A stretch of 64,000 nucleotides of DNA, taken from the NCBI GenBank assembly GCA_964035545.1, contig OZ037767.1, positions 2,615,680 through 2,679,679 of the forward strand, read 5' to 3'. Positions 12,847-25,800 of this stretch are shown one piece after another. Numbering within the stretch: position 1 is the stretch's first letter; each line of letters opens with the position of its first letter. The position numbers and the translations under genes are program-made. The stretch comes from Bugula neritina. Its lineage: Eukaryota; Animalia; Bryozoa. The notes beneath the pieces were generated by a model. The model did no database searches, was not told the origin of the DNA, and worked only from the letters and a program-made list of their open reading frames with translations.

Positions 12847-15306
12847 TCATGAGACCCTCATGACGATGTTTCCCTTAGAGCCGGTGTTGACTATGATGTC
12901 ACGATGAGCATCACTGGCCGTCTCTAGCGTATACTCCTTAGCTGTGAAAACCACTGGACGCAGCCAGCCCTCAGCTTGGGCTGCTACTACCGCCTCCCCC
13001 ATCTCTTTCCACTCATCCTGTAGGAACAATTAAAGTATTTAATACAGTAACAAAGTAATACAGTAAGTAATAAAGTAATACAGTAAGTAATACAATAAGT
13101 AATACAATAAGTAACAAAGTAATACAGCAATATAATAAGTAATACAGTAAGTAACAAAGCATGGAGAGACGTACAGAGGTGGTCCCAAAGAGTGTACAGC
13201 CCATCACCATGGTCTCCTTCACCATCATCAGTCTGGGGTTAATCTCTATTGACCCTCGGTTGCCCACAACCACAGTCCGACCTTTTTGAGCCATGATTTG
13301 CAAATCAGACTGCAGGTTGACATTGGCCAGCATCTCTAGAATGATATCCACACCCTTTCCACCAGTATCTTCCTGTGATTGACATATTATTACTCGAATG
13401 ATCAATCCAGTGAAAGACACGCACACAATCACAAACGTAATTACAAAGTTGCATCATGTCAAAGTCTGTAGCATGAAATTTAACTGTAAAATTATGCAAC
13501 AATGCCCTTTCAATCTGATATTAAAAAATATTAAAACTAAATCAGTTTAAATTTCAATCCTATAGAAATATTGTGAAACAACTTTGCAACTGTTAAAAAG
13601 AAGAGAACACTGAAAACATAAGGCAACGAAAACTTGATATATTATGTAACATGAAAAGGTACAGACTCAACAATTTGAACACAACTCGGGGCAACGTGTC
13701 TACTTCTTAGATTATGAATGACTCACCATGATTTTCTCCATGTAGCCTGGTTGCCTATGGTTATACGTGAAATCTGCACCACAGTCTCTCACAATACCCA
13801 GCCCTTCCTCTGTGCCCGCTGTGGCCAGAACTCTTAGCCCAAGGTGCTTAGCCATTTGCACACAAATAGTCCCCACCTACCAAACAATGTACAATGATTT
13901 GAGGAACTCAACTACAAATATCTAGAATTTGAGAAAAAAATAGTAACCTATGTTCCAATACAGCAGTCTGCAAGTTTGGTATAGGAAATGACATCAAATC
14001 ACAAGCCAAGAGTTTAATTTTGGACACGCACCACATGAAGTAATAACCACACAACAGAACTCCCCTACCCCTCGTAATTAATATCCATGCTACACTTACA
14101 CCCCCTGAAGCACCATGAACGAAAACAGTTTCTCCAGCTTTAGCCTTTGCTCTACAACATACAGTGAACAAATAAAAGCCGTTTCCAACACTAAACAGAA
14201 TGTATGATGTAGAGCTGAAGCTAGCTTAGGTATGATAAAATAAACCTTACATGAGCATTAATGCCCTGTAGGTGGTGAAGTATGGAGTGCCAAGAGAAGC
14301 TCCATGTTGGAAGGACAACTTCTGTGTGTTAAGAGCAAACGTATGCTGACTCTCGGCTACTGTGTACTCTGCATATGAGCCAGTCACAGTTCGCACAGTG
14401 AAAACTGGGTCACCGGCTTTAAACTGGGTCACATCACTTCCAACTGACTCCACTATGCCTTAAATATATGTTTGGAGTTATTATCTCACTTGGCAAAACG
14501 ACATTTCATTACATTCACTCATCTCATGCAGCATATTTGAAACTAAAAACACTGTCTAATATTAGGTTAAAAGTTTAATTATAAAATTTAAAATAAAAAG
14601 CATTTTTTAAAAGAACAAAAAGCTGAAATACTTTTAAGCATATAGCTTATACAATAAATAAACTATGGATTTATAAAAAGAGGAATAAAAGACACATATT
14701 TATTAGGCTGATTAAAAAATTAAAACTTGTGTGATGAAATCAGATGATGAGAGATTTCAGAGATGAACTGAGAACAAAATAAATTGAGCAAATCTGAAGA
14801 AAAAGTGTTATTATGTGAAGTCATCTTTTTGGCTAAAAACAAAACAAAGCATGTAAAAATTAAAAGCAAAATAACTTGAGCTACTGTTGCTGTGGTAAAG
14901 CTTGTTGCTTTCTTTAGAATAATGAGAGAAGTAAGCAGCAGTACAACTTGGTATTCATACCTGCACAATCAGCACCAGGAGTATAGGGAAGATCAGGTTT
15001 GATGGGAAACGTTCCAGTTCGAATGTATGTGTCAACAGGATTAACTCCAACATACTTGGATTTTATTAACACCTATTCATCATACAATGAGATGGTGTGC
15101 CAAATAATCATCAGAATAAGTGAGCAAAGTTGAAACTTTACACTACATAGCACTAACATAAATACCCTGTGGTATTGTCATACCTGAGTGGCGCCTGGAG
15201 AAGGTATGGGTACTTTGCTCACCACACAGACATCTGGGTCACCAAACTTTGCCACTCTTACTGCTTGCATCATCTTTTGCAGCAACACTGAGCTTCGAGA
15301 CGTCAT
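12847..15306 (-). CDS. CRYZ: Quinone oxidoreductase / zeta-crystallin (MDR superfamily)
   Basis: Exons translate to [85 protein letters not shown] and AHRDII. ATG 15306 follows an acceptor (ctaacag), so upstream exon(s) are likely. Confidence 0.92.
13040..13160. repeat. Degenerate 12-bp repeat (AATACAGTAAGT) in a CRYZ intron
   Basis: Repeated taatacagtaag/taacaaag units. Confidence 0.75.
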
Positions 15307-15980
15307 AAACTGTTAGTAAAGGTAATTTAGAGAATAACTAATAGTAATAGTCAATATGAATATTAGTCAGATATCTGGCACTTTTTGCTTAATAATGAAT
15401 TAAAAGAAGTTAATTTTATGCTGATTATTATTATAACAAGTTTCCAATAATAAACTTGTTGTTCCATTTTTATTTAACCATATTAGACCTAGATATACAC
15501 TTGAAGCCTGAGTCTTTAAAAAATGCATAATTTTTAATTTAAATGTCAAGTACTCAACTAAAAAATTAAGTTGATATTAATATTAAATTTAATTATTAAT
15601 TTCAAACTAATATTATTATTATTATTATTGTTTGATATCTACGTTTACAAGTAATACTTAATTTACTAATTGGCTTTAAAAAAGACAGGCAAACTTTCTG
15701 CTATAAATAATAGTATAAGTCAGGGTTGGGGTAATTGTAATTTGTAATTGTAATTGATTGTAATTAATTACATTTTTTCAAGTAATTGAATGTAATTTGT
15801 AATTGATGTCTAAAAATGTAATTGTAATTGTAATTGTAATTAATTACATTGCTAATGTAATTGATTTTTACAATTACTTTATAATTACATATCAATTACT
15901 TCAAACTTTAAAATCTTAAAAATTTCCTACTTTTTCTACCATGTCTACTGTTGAATAACAAGTTCAGATTAGGTCTAGGT

Positions 15981-17613
15981 CAGTGGTTCCTAACCTGGGG
16001 GAAGTTCACCCTAGGGGGGAATTTGGACATTTTAGGGAAGAATTTGGATTTTGAAAAAGTCACTCTCTGTTGAAGGCTTTTTAGCTCTTGCACATTACAT
16101 AAGTATAATATATGCAATTATGCATATTTATAAATCTTCATCTTAGTTCATTTATTTAACCAAACCATATTCTGCAATCTCTGTTTACTTCTACATGAAT
16201 GTGTTTATTAATTACTCTACCCTAACTGTTTTCTGCGCTATTTCTAATGAAGGTCAAAAAATTTGCAAAAAGCACGAGGTCAACTTTTAGCAGCCATGCA
16301 AGTCAATTTCTATAAATTGTATACTACATACCTAGTGAATATATTTGCTACACTAAATAGTCTGAACCTAAAAATGCAGGAGTGCAATCATCATATCATT
16401 GCTTTTCGTTAGCAGCAGCAATGTTTTCAAAGTTACACTAAAGTGGTGGTGTTTCTGTCAAAAACATGGTGTCTTTCCACACACTCAATGAACTTTGATA
16501 GGAGAAGAACCTGTTCCAATTTTAAGCAAAAATGGCACAGATAAAAATCGCACACTGGTGTTAAATTTTCCCAAACCTTCAAACTCCCCAATCTGAATGC
16601 CTAAACCCCAATTCAAATCTTCAAAGCTAAAGTTGAAAATGTGCCATTTTTATCTAATTTTCTGTTTGTGCCAATAAGGCTATTTTTACTTGCGCCATTT
16701 TTACCGGACACCACCTGTTCTCCCTGTTCTCATTTCTGAACTGTTAATGAAGTTTTAACAGTATTTCTCTGAGCTACCTCCCAAAAAGAAAAAGTTAGAT
16801 TCTTAACTTCAAATGTGACCCATTGCAATGCTTTCTTAAACAGTTTTTAGAGGAATCGTAGGAGAATTTCATTGAGTTGGTTCACAATTCAGCAATGAAT
16901 GATGATTTGAAATCTTCTCCAACTGATGGATTGTGGGTGGTGTCCAGTAGAAATGGTACAGGTAATAAGGGCACAAATAGAAAAGTAGGTAAAATGGCAC
17001 ATGTCTTCAATGTTGGGGTGGGGGTTTGGAGTTTTAAACAGGGTTTGAGGTGAGGATTTTAGGTTTGTACTTGAGGTTCTGGAGTTTGGGGGTGGAGGTT
17101 TGAGTTAGGGGTGTCGGGGTTTGAGTTTGGAAAAATTTAACATTTTTACATGCGCCATTTTTACCTAAAGTATTTCTGGGTTTCTACAAGCAAACTCTTT
17201 CCACACATAGCTGACAAAGCAGAGTTTTGGTGCCATCCAGCACAGCCTATCCGCGTGAGGTAGGATTCTCATCAATTCAAAGAGAAGAGAAACTACCTTT
17301 ACTCGCAGGGTGATTTAAGATGGGGCTGGTCATAAACAGAGTCAGACTTAAGCAAGCTGGCACAAAAGCATCAACTGAAGCCATAACATTAATATTTGAA
17401 CTGCTCTGTGTTCTATAACACAAAAATAATGATAATATTACTATTATGATAACTATATACTATATGCAAATATAATAGAACAAAATATATTGCATTGTAT
17501 CATATATTCTCTTTCAGTAAGTCATAAAATCTTTTCGCTTTTTGAATGGGGGGTAATTACTAGTCAACATTTATGAAAGGTGGGAATAGTATGAAAAAGA
17601 TTTGGAACCACTG
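15981..17613 (+). mobile_element. Decayed hAT (Charlie-like) transposon nested in the outer hAT
   Basis: TIRs CAGTGGTTCC...GGAACCACTG; 8-bp TSD GTCTAGGT (15973-15980 and 17614-17621); broken transposase remnants YLVNIFATLNSLNLKMQE (~16320-16382) and hATC-like FWVSTSKLFPHIADKA (~17174-17221). Confidence 0.85.
16527..17166. mobile_element. Two partial, oppositely oriented copies of a small MITE family (end GGTGTCC(G/A)GTA(A/G)AAATGG) inside the Charlie remnant
   Basis: ~16527-16712 ends GCCATTTTTACCGGACACC (C-rich interior); ~16939-17166 starts GGTGTCCAGTAGAAATGG (G-rich interior). The two are approximate reverse complements. Confidence 0.6.
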
Positions 17614-17945
17614 GTCTAGGTAGTATAGTATCACTGTTGAGAACAAAGGAGGTTCACCCCTGTCAAAATTGCTTGTAAGAACAAAAGTAATTGTAATTAA
17701 TTACATTGCCATGTAATTGTAATTGTAATTAATTACATTACTTTTTACCTGTAATTATAATTGTAATTGTAATTGACAAATTTTGATGTAATTGTAATTG
17801 TAATTAATTACATTCACATGTAATTGACCCCAACCCTGGTATAAGTATAGGCACCTGTACCAACAATACCAGATAAAACAAAATAAACTGCTGAAAGTTG
17901 ATGACCGAGTCGGGGTAACACTGCTGAGAGGAGTGGTAATACGAT

Positions 17946-19095
17946 AGAGTGCCCCAAGGCAGTGTATTAGGACCATTGTTATTTAATGTGTACATAAACG
18001 ACATGCACTCTGCGGTAGCCAACAGCAAGCTTAAACTATATGCAGATGATTCCTTGTTGTACAAACCAATCACAACACCTGCTGATTCTAGTTTATTTCA
18101 GAATGACTTAGACCATCTTATAACTTGGGCAGACAGTTCTCAGATGAAGTTCAATATAAATAAATGTGAGCATATGACAATTCAACGCTCCACTGTAAAT
18201 CCTCTAGTGTCTCAATACAGCATGAATAATGACCCCTTACAATGTGTTGACAAAGTATTATACCTTGGTGTCACGATTGATAATAAACTGTCATTCGATC
18301 AACATATAATAAACATTTGCTCAAAAGCTAATAAATTATTACACATGCTGATGCGCTGTCTAAAAAAGGCTAAAAGTAAAACCAGAGCCATAGCTTATAA
18401 AACAGTCTGTCGCCCTATACTAGAATTTGCGACCCACACCTGGTCTCCATTTAAATTGAAAAACATCAACATCATAGAAGGTATAAATAGAAAAGCCTTC
18501 AGGTGGACATTCTGTAAGAGAAAACGAAATCATATAACTGAGCTCATGACAAATTCTAATTGGGATAGCCTTGCACAAAGACGTGACAATGCAGACCAAA
18601 AAATGTACTTTCGTATGCTTTCTGGCAGTGCCGCTATAGACCAAGACCGGTTCTCCCTTCATTTTGCAGAGTCTCACAATACCAGACATGGTGCTATTAA
18701 GGGCAATATCAATACCAAAACTGCCAAACATTCATATAAACATCGCATTCATAAACTTTTCTAATGATTCTAGCTGCTTTGCCTAACTGATTATAAGCAC
18801 TTAACACCGACTCTGCTTTATATCATCTGAAGGTGTGCGGTGTATATCTATTTATTTATTTACTTTTTTTTTTTTCTTTTTTTTTCTCTTTCTTTTTTTC
18901 TTTCTCTCCTGGCAGTAGCTAGCTATTGAGCTTTGAATCGAAGCATAATTAACTATATTCTTATCTCGTAGTCAAAATAGTTTTCTTCCTTACTACTGAT
19001 AATCTAAACAATTGTTCATACACCACTGCATCTCGATAAAGGAGCCAAAGCGCTCCGAGTGAGATTAATTAGATGAGATGAGATGAGATGAGATG
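17946..19095 (+). mobile_element. 5'-truncated LINE (CR1/L2-group), RT C-terminal ORF 17949-18764 plus 3' UTR ending in (GATGA)n
   Basis: PQGSVLGPLLFNVYIND, LYADD, WADSSQMKFNINKC, YLGVTID, YKTVCRPILEF; ORF uninterrupted; tandem-repeat tail at ~19070-19095. Confidence 0.92.
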
Positions 19096-19129
19096 ATTGC
19101 CCTTGGGGAAAAGACAATGTTGAACAAAT

Positions 19130-19356
19130 TACCTCTTGTGTTTTTACTCGAAAAATCTATTTTAAAAGAATTTACAGTTAAAAATATTATTTTTATGTTT
19201 TTTAAATAATAATAGTAATAATAATAAATGCATTTAAATTTATATAAGTTTTTACTTCTAGTTATTGCCGCATGTATTTAAGTCTTCAGTAAAACCGGTC
19301 TTGCTCTCGGTTATTTGTGTATTTTCTCCAGGGTCTCCCCTAAAAATACAATAAAT
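19130..19356. promoter_or_regulatory. Probable bidirectional promoter CRYZ(-)/TRMT112(+)
   Basis: Head-to-head arrangement; candidate minus-strand donor (GAG|GTAATT) at ~19131; TRMT112 ATG at 19357. Inferred, not demonstrated. Confidence 0.4.
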
Positions 19357-20754
19357 ATGAAGATTCTTACTCATAATATGTTGACTTCTAATATCATAAA
19401 AAGTGTGAAAGACGGCTATCCACTAAAGATTGCCGTGAGTAGCTCTCTAATCATTTTGACAGTCAGCTTGAACTTATAGTTATCGTCTTAGACTTATGTG
19501 AAAATAACAATAGTTAAACTTAAAGTTAAATACTTCTAGTTCTACTTATAGTTTAAGTTATACTTTTACAGTTAATGTTATAGTTATACTTTATTACATT
19601 TACTTATACTGTAAGATTTGTATAATTTTAGTCTGTAATTATAATTACATTTTATAACCATAATTATTGAATATAGTTATAGTTATACCATTAATATTAC
19701 TAATAGTAATAGTAATAATAATATTACATATCCTAAAGTTAATCTGAATCAGAATGTCACAGACACAAGTCATACTCGTAGTCATACCTGAGAGTGAGAC
19801 TGATAATCAGCGATGTTCATATAATACTATATTATTGTTGGTTATCAATATTTCAATAACTGAACCAATGTGAAACTGAATATGATAGATATAAGTATTA
19901 CTATCAATATTATTATTAATTACTACCTATTACTGTATTAGTATTAGGCTAAAATTTGGATAGAGCTGTTTCTTATTTTATGAATTAAGCTATTAATGAT
20001 TTAATAAAACTGAATTACTAAAACTATCATTTGTGAACTCCATTTGAATTTCTTTTACAAATAAAGTATATTATAGAAATTATTTGATCCAAAATTTTAT
20101 AATTTATAATTGTAAATTTTATTGACTTTATTTGTTGTATCATAAAGGCTACTGAAGTACAGGAAGTGGATGTAGACTTCAATCCTGAGTTTATTCAAAG
20201 ACTTCTTGCCAAACTAAATTGGAGTGTAATCTGTGAAGCAGTCACACAGGTAAAGCTTGCAACTAGTTTGACTAATTTCTAGTAACCAGCTGTTTTAACA
20301 AGTGCTTTTCTGTATGGCATAATTTCAGTTTTCTGACAAATGTTCTTGTTTCTGTGGATTTATTTTCATCAAGTGCTCATTGTGCATATTTAACTAGTTT
20401 TTTTTTCATGAGTCTTCATTCAAATCTGTTTTCGAATGTAGCTTGATGCTACTAAAGATATTGAACTGCCTGAGAATTTAACAGATGAAGTAAAAGAAGA
20501 TGAAGACATGTTAAGAAAAATACACCATGTTTTACTGGAGGTAATGCTTGGCTTGTTATCTTCCTGTTCTACTCATTTGGTATTATACAGTAGTATATTG
20601 GGCACAAAATATTTGGTCACATGTTTTCTAGGTTAACATTTGTACTTTTTAGGTCGAAATAATTGAAGGCAAGTTGATATGCCCGGAGACTGGTAGGGAA
20701 TTTCCTATAAATAAGGGAATACCCAACATGCTACTCAACGATGAAGAAGTCTGA
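19357..20754 (+). CDS. TRMT112: Multifunctional methyltransferase subunit TRM112 (4 exons; not in the ORF track)
   Basis: Exons 19357-19434, ~20148-20249, ~20442-20540 and ~20653-20754 give [11 protein letters not shown]...[17 protein letters not shown]...[43 protein letters not shown]. Confidence 0.95.
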
Positions 20755-21670
20755 AGAACTACATTGTGATAAAATCAACCTGTTCCATGACAACATTTGT
20801 TCAATTGGTCACCCCACAATGTTTCATATTTTGAAAATGGAATGGGTTTTGAATTTTTTAATGCTGTTATATTTGTGCATAAAGCATTATTTTCCAGCTT
20901 TTTCAAGAGAAAAATAATCATCATTTGCTACTTTATATGATATCTTAAAAAGGCTGTTGAAAAATTAATTGCATTGAGTTTTATTTAAATATCTTTTTTA
21001 AATATTAAGTAAAATTGAGCATTGTACATTGAGTTATATATAAATATATAGACTATACATAACTAGACTTTATGTAGAAATGTTACATATTTTAACATTT
21101 GTGAAGGAAAGACAGTAATTTTAGTTACAGCTTAATTATTAAAAATCTGCAAACATACAGATATGTGTTAGGAAACTATATTGATATGTGACAAACAATA
21201 TACACTTTACCAACAGATATATAATTACAATAGGGCAAATATCTATACATGGTAGATAACAGTTCGTTTTCTATATAAAACTGACTCCGAAAAATGTCAC
21301 CAAATCAGCCTAGATCATGGCACTTGGTTGTCTGTTCAGAGAGCTAGACTATATACAGAGGCAAGAGATTTACAGTAGTGAGAGCATAAATCCAAAAGTA
21401 TAATATCCCAAAAGTGAAAAGTTAATAGACTGGTAAATGACTTTCAAATAGTAGAACAAGATTCTTAGCCTTTGTATGAGATTATTAGTAGAAAAATTGA
21501 GCTAATATAACAATCCTAGTCAAGAACAATCTATCTATAAACATGCCTATGTTGAATATATAATACATTCTGTAAAACATCACATTCTACCGCCATAGGT
21601 ATAACCTGCCATCACCTATCCCTCCGGTCTTCTGCATGACATCATGAACATACTCCAGGAATGCTATTTA

Positions 21671-24226
21671 CTAATTGATATCTCTGGCATGCTGCCAGCG
21701 ACTGTAGAGTGTCCTAGTGTGGTCCCAAAATACTAGACTAAGAACTGTGTGAGGTCCTAGTCTGAACAGACTAGCGGCCCAGCCTGCAATACAAGAATGA
21801 GCTTACAATATCTAATACAATTATGATTTATATAAAACTCTGCCAGTTTAACCACGAAATGCAGGCTTCTGAAAAATAGTAGTGCAGTTGCTTATAAGTA
21901 TAAAGTTTATTTCTCAATACTGTTCAATTGATGTCATAGGCTAACAAAATATCACTTCAAGGCCATCTATGTGTTTGGAAATACTTTATATACAGTTAGT
22001 AACTAGTAGTTAATGTTTAGTAGTTAGTAACTATCAGTTAGCTACTCAAACAATAAGTACCGAAAAGCTTGAATTTTTTTTGATGTTTTACTGTATTTTC
22101 TTGTGTAAGCAGATCTTCCAATTCTACTCATCAACTAACTTAGAATGACTTTATAATGTCTCACCTTTGTAGAATCCCCAGAGACCTTCCTTTGCGAATA
22201 TTTTATAGAAGCAATCCGTGAATCCCGAGTAGAGAACCCCACCTAACAGTCAGAGCACATGGTTACAACTTTTGAACAAATGCTAATATTTATATTCAAC
22301 AAAGCAAAACTAATTTAATCTTCCACTGTTCCACAACTAAGTTTTAGAGAAACTTATTTCCCATTGTTAATTTAATGTGTTTCTCAAGCTAACAAGCTAT
22401 TAAATTCTTGGATCAGTCAATACTTAAACAACAGATCTATGATCTTAAAACCTTAGCCTTAGGGCAAGACTTAGGAGTATTATATACAACACATTTACTC
22501 AGCAAAGCAATGATGACAAACTATATAGAAAGAAGAGTTATTCCACCTTTACTAGTAGCTCCAACGACTTTCTGATTGTACAGTCGAGTAGACACGACAT
22601 CAAAGGGGGTCATGCAGGCGACAATAGCACAACCGCTTAGTGTGCTAGCAGTAAATGGAATCATCAATGAATCAGGAGAAAACAACTACAACAAATGAAA
22701 GTAAGTTTTCTATTTGAGTTTGTAAACAATTTAAAGATAAATGACTCAACTATAGCTGTGGTACCAGACTTCACAGAAACAAAATGATATGCTAGCAATC
22801 TTTAAAAGAAACAATTCAAAAAGTAAATAAGTTCCATCAGTCATTAAATCAGCCATTTCAGAACAACTTTCAGCAGTAACTATTAAAATTGAGATATATG
22901 ACAAAACTAGCTAGAAAATGGCTTAGCAAAATTCCATAAGTTAGAAACCCACAAACTAGTATTGTTTTATAAGGAGCTCCAAGTTGGGGGTGACTGAGTG
23001 CAGTAGTTTGAGGTTCTTATGTTTGGAGAGGGGTTTCAATAAACCCCAACTCCAAACTCGAGAACGCCAACTCGGAGCTGCTTATAGGACAATTCCACAA
23101 ATTAAACTCACTTGGAGATTTACAATGTATTGTCTGGATTGAGAAAATGTGGACAGTTGAGTGGCTGATCCCACCATCACTCGGGCTACAGCTCCAGATG
23201 AGCCTAAACAGACAAACATGAAAAATATGAAACAGGTTTTTAAATGGCAATAAGTTCAAATAACATTGAATCAACGCATTATTATTATTATCATTATACT
23301 ATTAAAGAAAGGTTCCTAAATTACAAGCTACTACGAACCGCTGACTGACCTCTCCATAAACCCATGATGCCATACTGATTATAGATATTCTTCAGTGACG
23401 CAAATAAGCCATTACACTCATTCTGATATCCAACTGCTATGGAAAGGTTGGCTTTAGATTGCATATGTGTTTTGATCTAAAGATTTTTTCAAAACTATAG
23501 TTTACCATTTCAGTAAAATATTCCATCAATTAAAGTTTTGTAGCCAGTTTTGTAGCAGAAACGAATAGTATTTTATCAAAAAAATATATCAAAAATTTAA
23601 TTATCTCTCTCTGAACCAGAATTTAGATAACAGTAGATGCTAACCTTAGCACCATAGTTTCCATAGCAACAATCATAAAATTTAAATTTAATGTTGAATT
23701 TCCCTTTAAATTGGCCGTAATTAGTTTATCATCAAACATGTACAACTAATAGACTTTTAACCAAGTTACATACCAACTGCCATTTTTATTCTTAAGAATC
23801 CGTAAACAATAAGATGGACATACTCACCATATACATTGGACTTCCGAAAAATCCCCCAATTGTACCAGCGATAGCACCACACAAAACGCTTTTAGCCATT
23901 GTTATTTGTCCATCTTTATCACGTAGAAGTGAGTCGTTGAGAAGTTGAAATGAACCTAGCCGAAATCCATTCATGACAAACTGGTACATCAAAGCGGGCC
24001 CTATACCTTTTTGCAACGCACTGACTCCTTCGTGTCTAGCAACTGTTATAAATGCATGAAAGACATTTCGATAGTGAACTTGAAACTGTCCCTTAGCTTG
24101 GAGCTCGCCTTGCAGTTGCATACGAGTCTTGACAACTTCTAGCGGATTGGTGAAAAGAGCCGCCCCACAGGTAGATACACCACCAAACAAAAACTCCAAG
24201 AAAAGAGAATTTTTCGGCTTTTCCAT
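21671..24226 (-). CDS. SLC25A35: Mitochondrial carrier, SLC25A35/SLC25A34 type (6 coding exons)
   Basis: NPLEVVKTRMQLQGEL, GSPMYM|IKTHMQS...IAVGYQ, ARVMVGSATQLSTFS, MTPFDVVSTRLYNQ, RLGPHTVLSLVFWD; TAG at 21671-21673. Confidence 0.9.
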
Positions 24227-25439
24227 TTAGATAACTGCAACTGAAATAAAATACAACTCAAAATAAGAATGACAATTCTAAAAAAATGTTAATGTTTTGA
24301 CAACTAGTGAATTACATTCACAGTACTCAGTACTGGTAGTTTAATCAATGACTTTACTTTTAGTAACTGAAGCCGAATATGAAATATCACTGTGAGTATC
24401 AATATGAAGATAATTGTATATTTATTTTATGTACAGGCTTGTACTTGTAGCATTATCATTATGTTTACTAATAGTATTACTATGTTTATTACTATTACTA
24501 TTAGTATAAGTATTACTACTACTTACTTTTATTACTAATACAGTAACACTAATACTGTAATAGTAATAATATTAATATTACTAAGTATTAGTATCACTAT
24601 TACTATGATACAATAACTATGGGCATGAGACAGACTGACTCAGTGACTGCGAGTGTGACTTATTCACGATTGTCTCATCAGTCAATGTCATCATCATGTT
24701 GAACTTGAAGTTATAGTCATTTTCATAGTCAAACTCATACTGATACTGAAAATGATGGTCATAATCATAATGTCAATAATAATAATTATAATATTGATAA
24801 TAATAATTATTTGATTTTATAATGATTATGATAATCATAATGATAATTATTAATCATAAGTGATAATCATAATTATACATTGACATAGTCATATAATAAA
24901 GATAACGGTGATAAGTAAGTTAATAACTATAACTGTAACTTACACTTACAGATGTGTAAACACTAAAAGTAAAACAGTAATCAGTAAATGTAATGACTAA
25001 TCTAATGTTAAGCCCAAGGCCAATGGCCAATGGGCAATGGCCGTAACACTAACGGTAAGCTTAAGTCCTGGTCCAGGTCTGAGCATAGCTCTAAGACTAG
25101 AACTTAATTAGATTTCATTACATGTAATAACTATAAGATATAACCATTATATCATATATAACATTAATTAAGCTTAAATAAATAACCAAGTCTAATTATT
25201 TTACTTTTACTTCTAGAGAAGCACATGTGCAATGAAGTGTGCGAGATGAGCTTGATCTCTCCACATCAGTTTTCAAGTCATCGGAGACATCCGTTTATTT
25301 TACAAATAGAATTAGATGAGTCCAGAGTTTGGACTCTAGGAGCTACATTTATTATTCTATTACAGACTGACGTTATTTTTGAAAATTGATGTAAAGTGTT
25401 GGGAAATCAATTTAAATATTTAATTTAATCAAGTAGTTA

Positions 25440-25800
25440 CCTTTATCCTGGCAGTTTTGTAACTTGACACTTGTAGACAGGCCACAAGCTACAGCCCATT
25501 ATTTTACTTCTTACTTGCAAGTTGCATGCATTACGTTCAATAATAAAGGAGATAACTCTACAGTCATAACATGATGACTGGCACTTGTATGAAACAAGCT
25601 GCTTGAATAGCGGAGGTTCAAATAAATATCGAATCATGGACTATGAAACTTAACTTGGTGAAAGCTGTATCCAATAGAAGATCCCAGCAACGTGAGGTGC
25701 GGAACTACAATGTTTGATGAAGAGCACAGTGAAATGTCAACAACTGCAACTTTCGCTTTGCAATCCAACAACAACTGTATTACTGGTACACAATTTAAAT
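25440..25800. promoter_or_regulatory. Probable bidirectional promoter SLC25A35(-)/ARMC9(+)
   Basis: Both first coding exons are preceded by acceptors (~24241 on minus, 29188 on plus); candidate minus donor AAG|GTAAC at ~25441; region flanked on both sides by periodic first-intron tracts. Confidence 0.4.

Larger units (their letters stand above)
15721..17838. mobile_element. Non-autonomous hAT-type DNA transposon (outer element)
   Basis: TIRs CAGGGTTGGGGT...ACCCCAACCCTG; subterminal (TAATTG)n arrays at both ends; perfect 8-bp TSD GTATAAGT (15713-15720 and 17839-17846). Confidence 0.9.
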
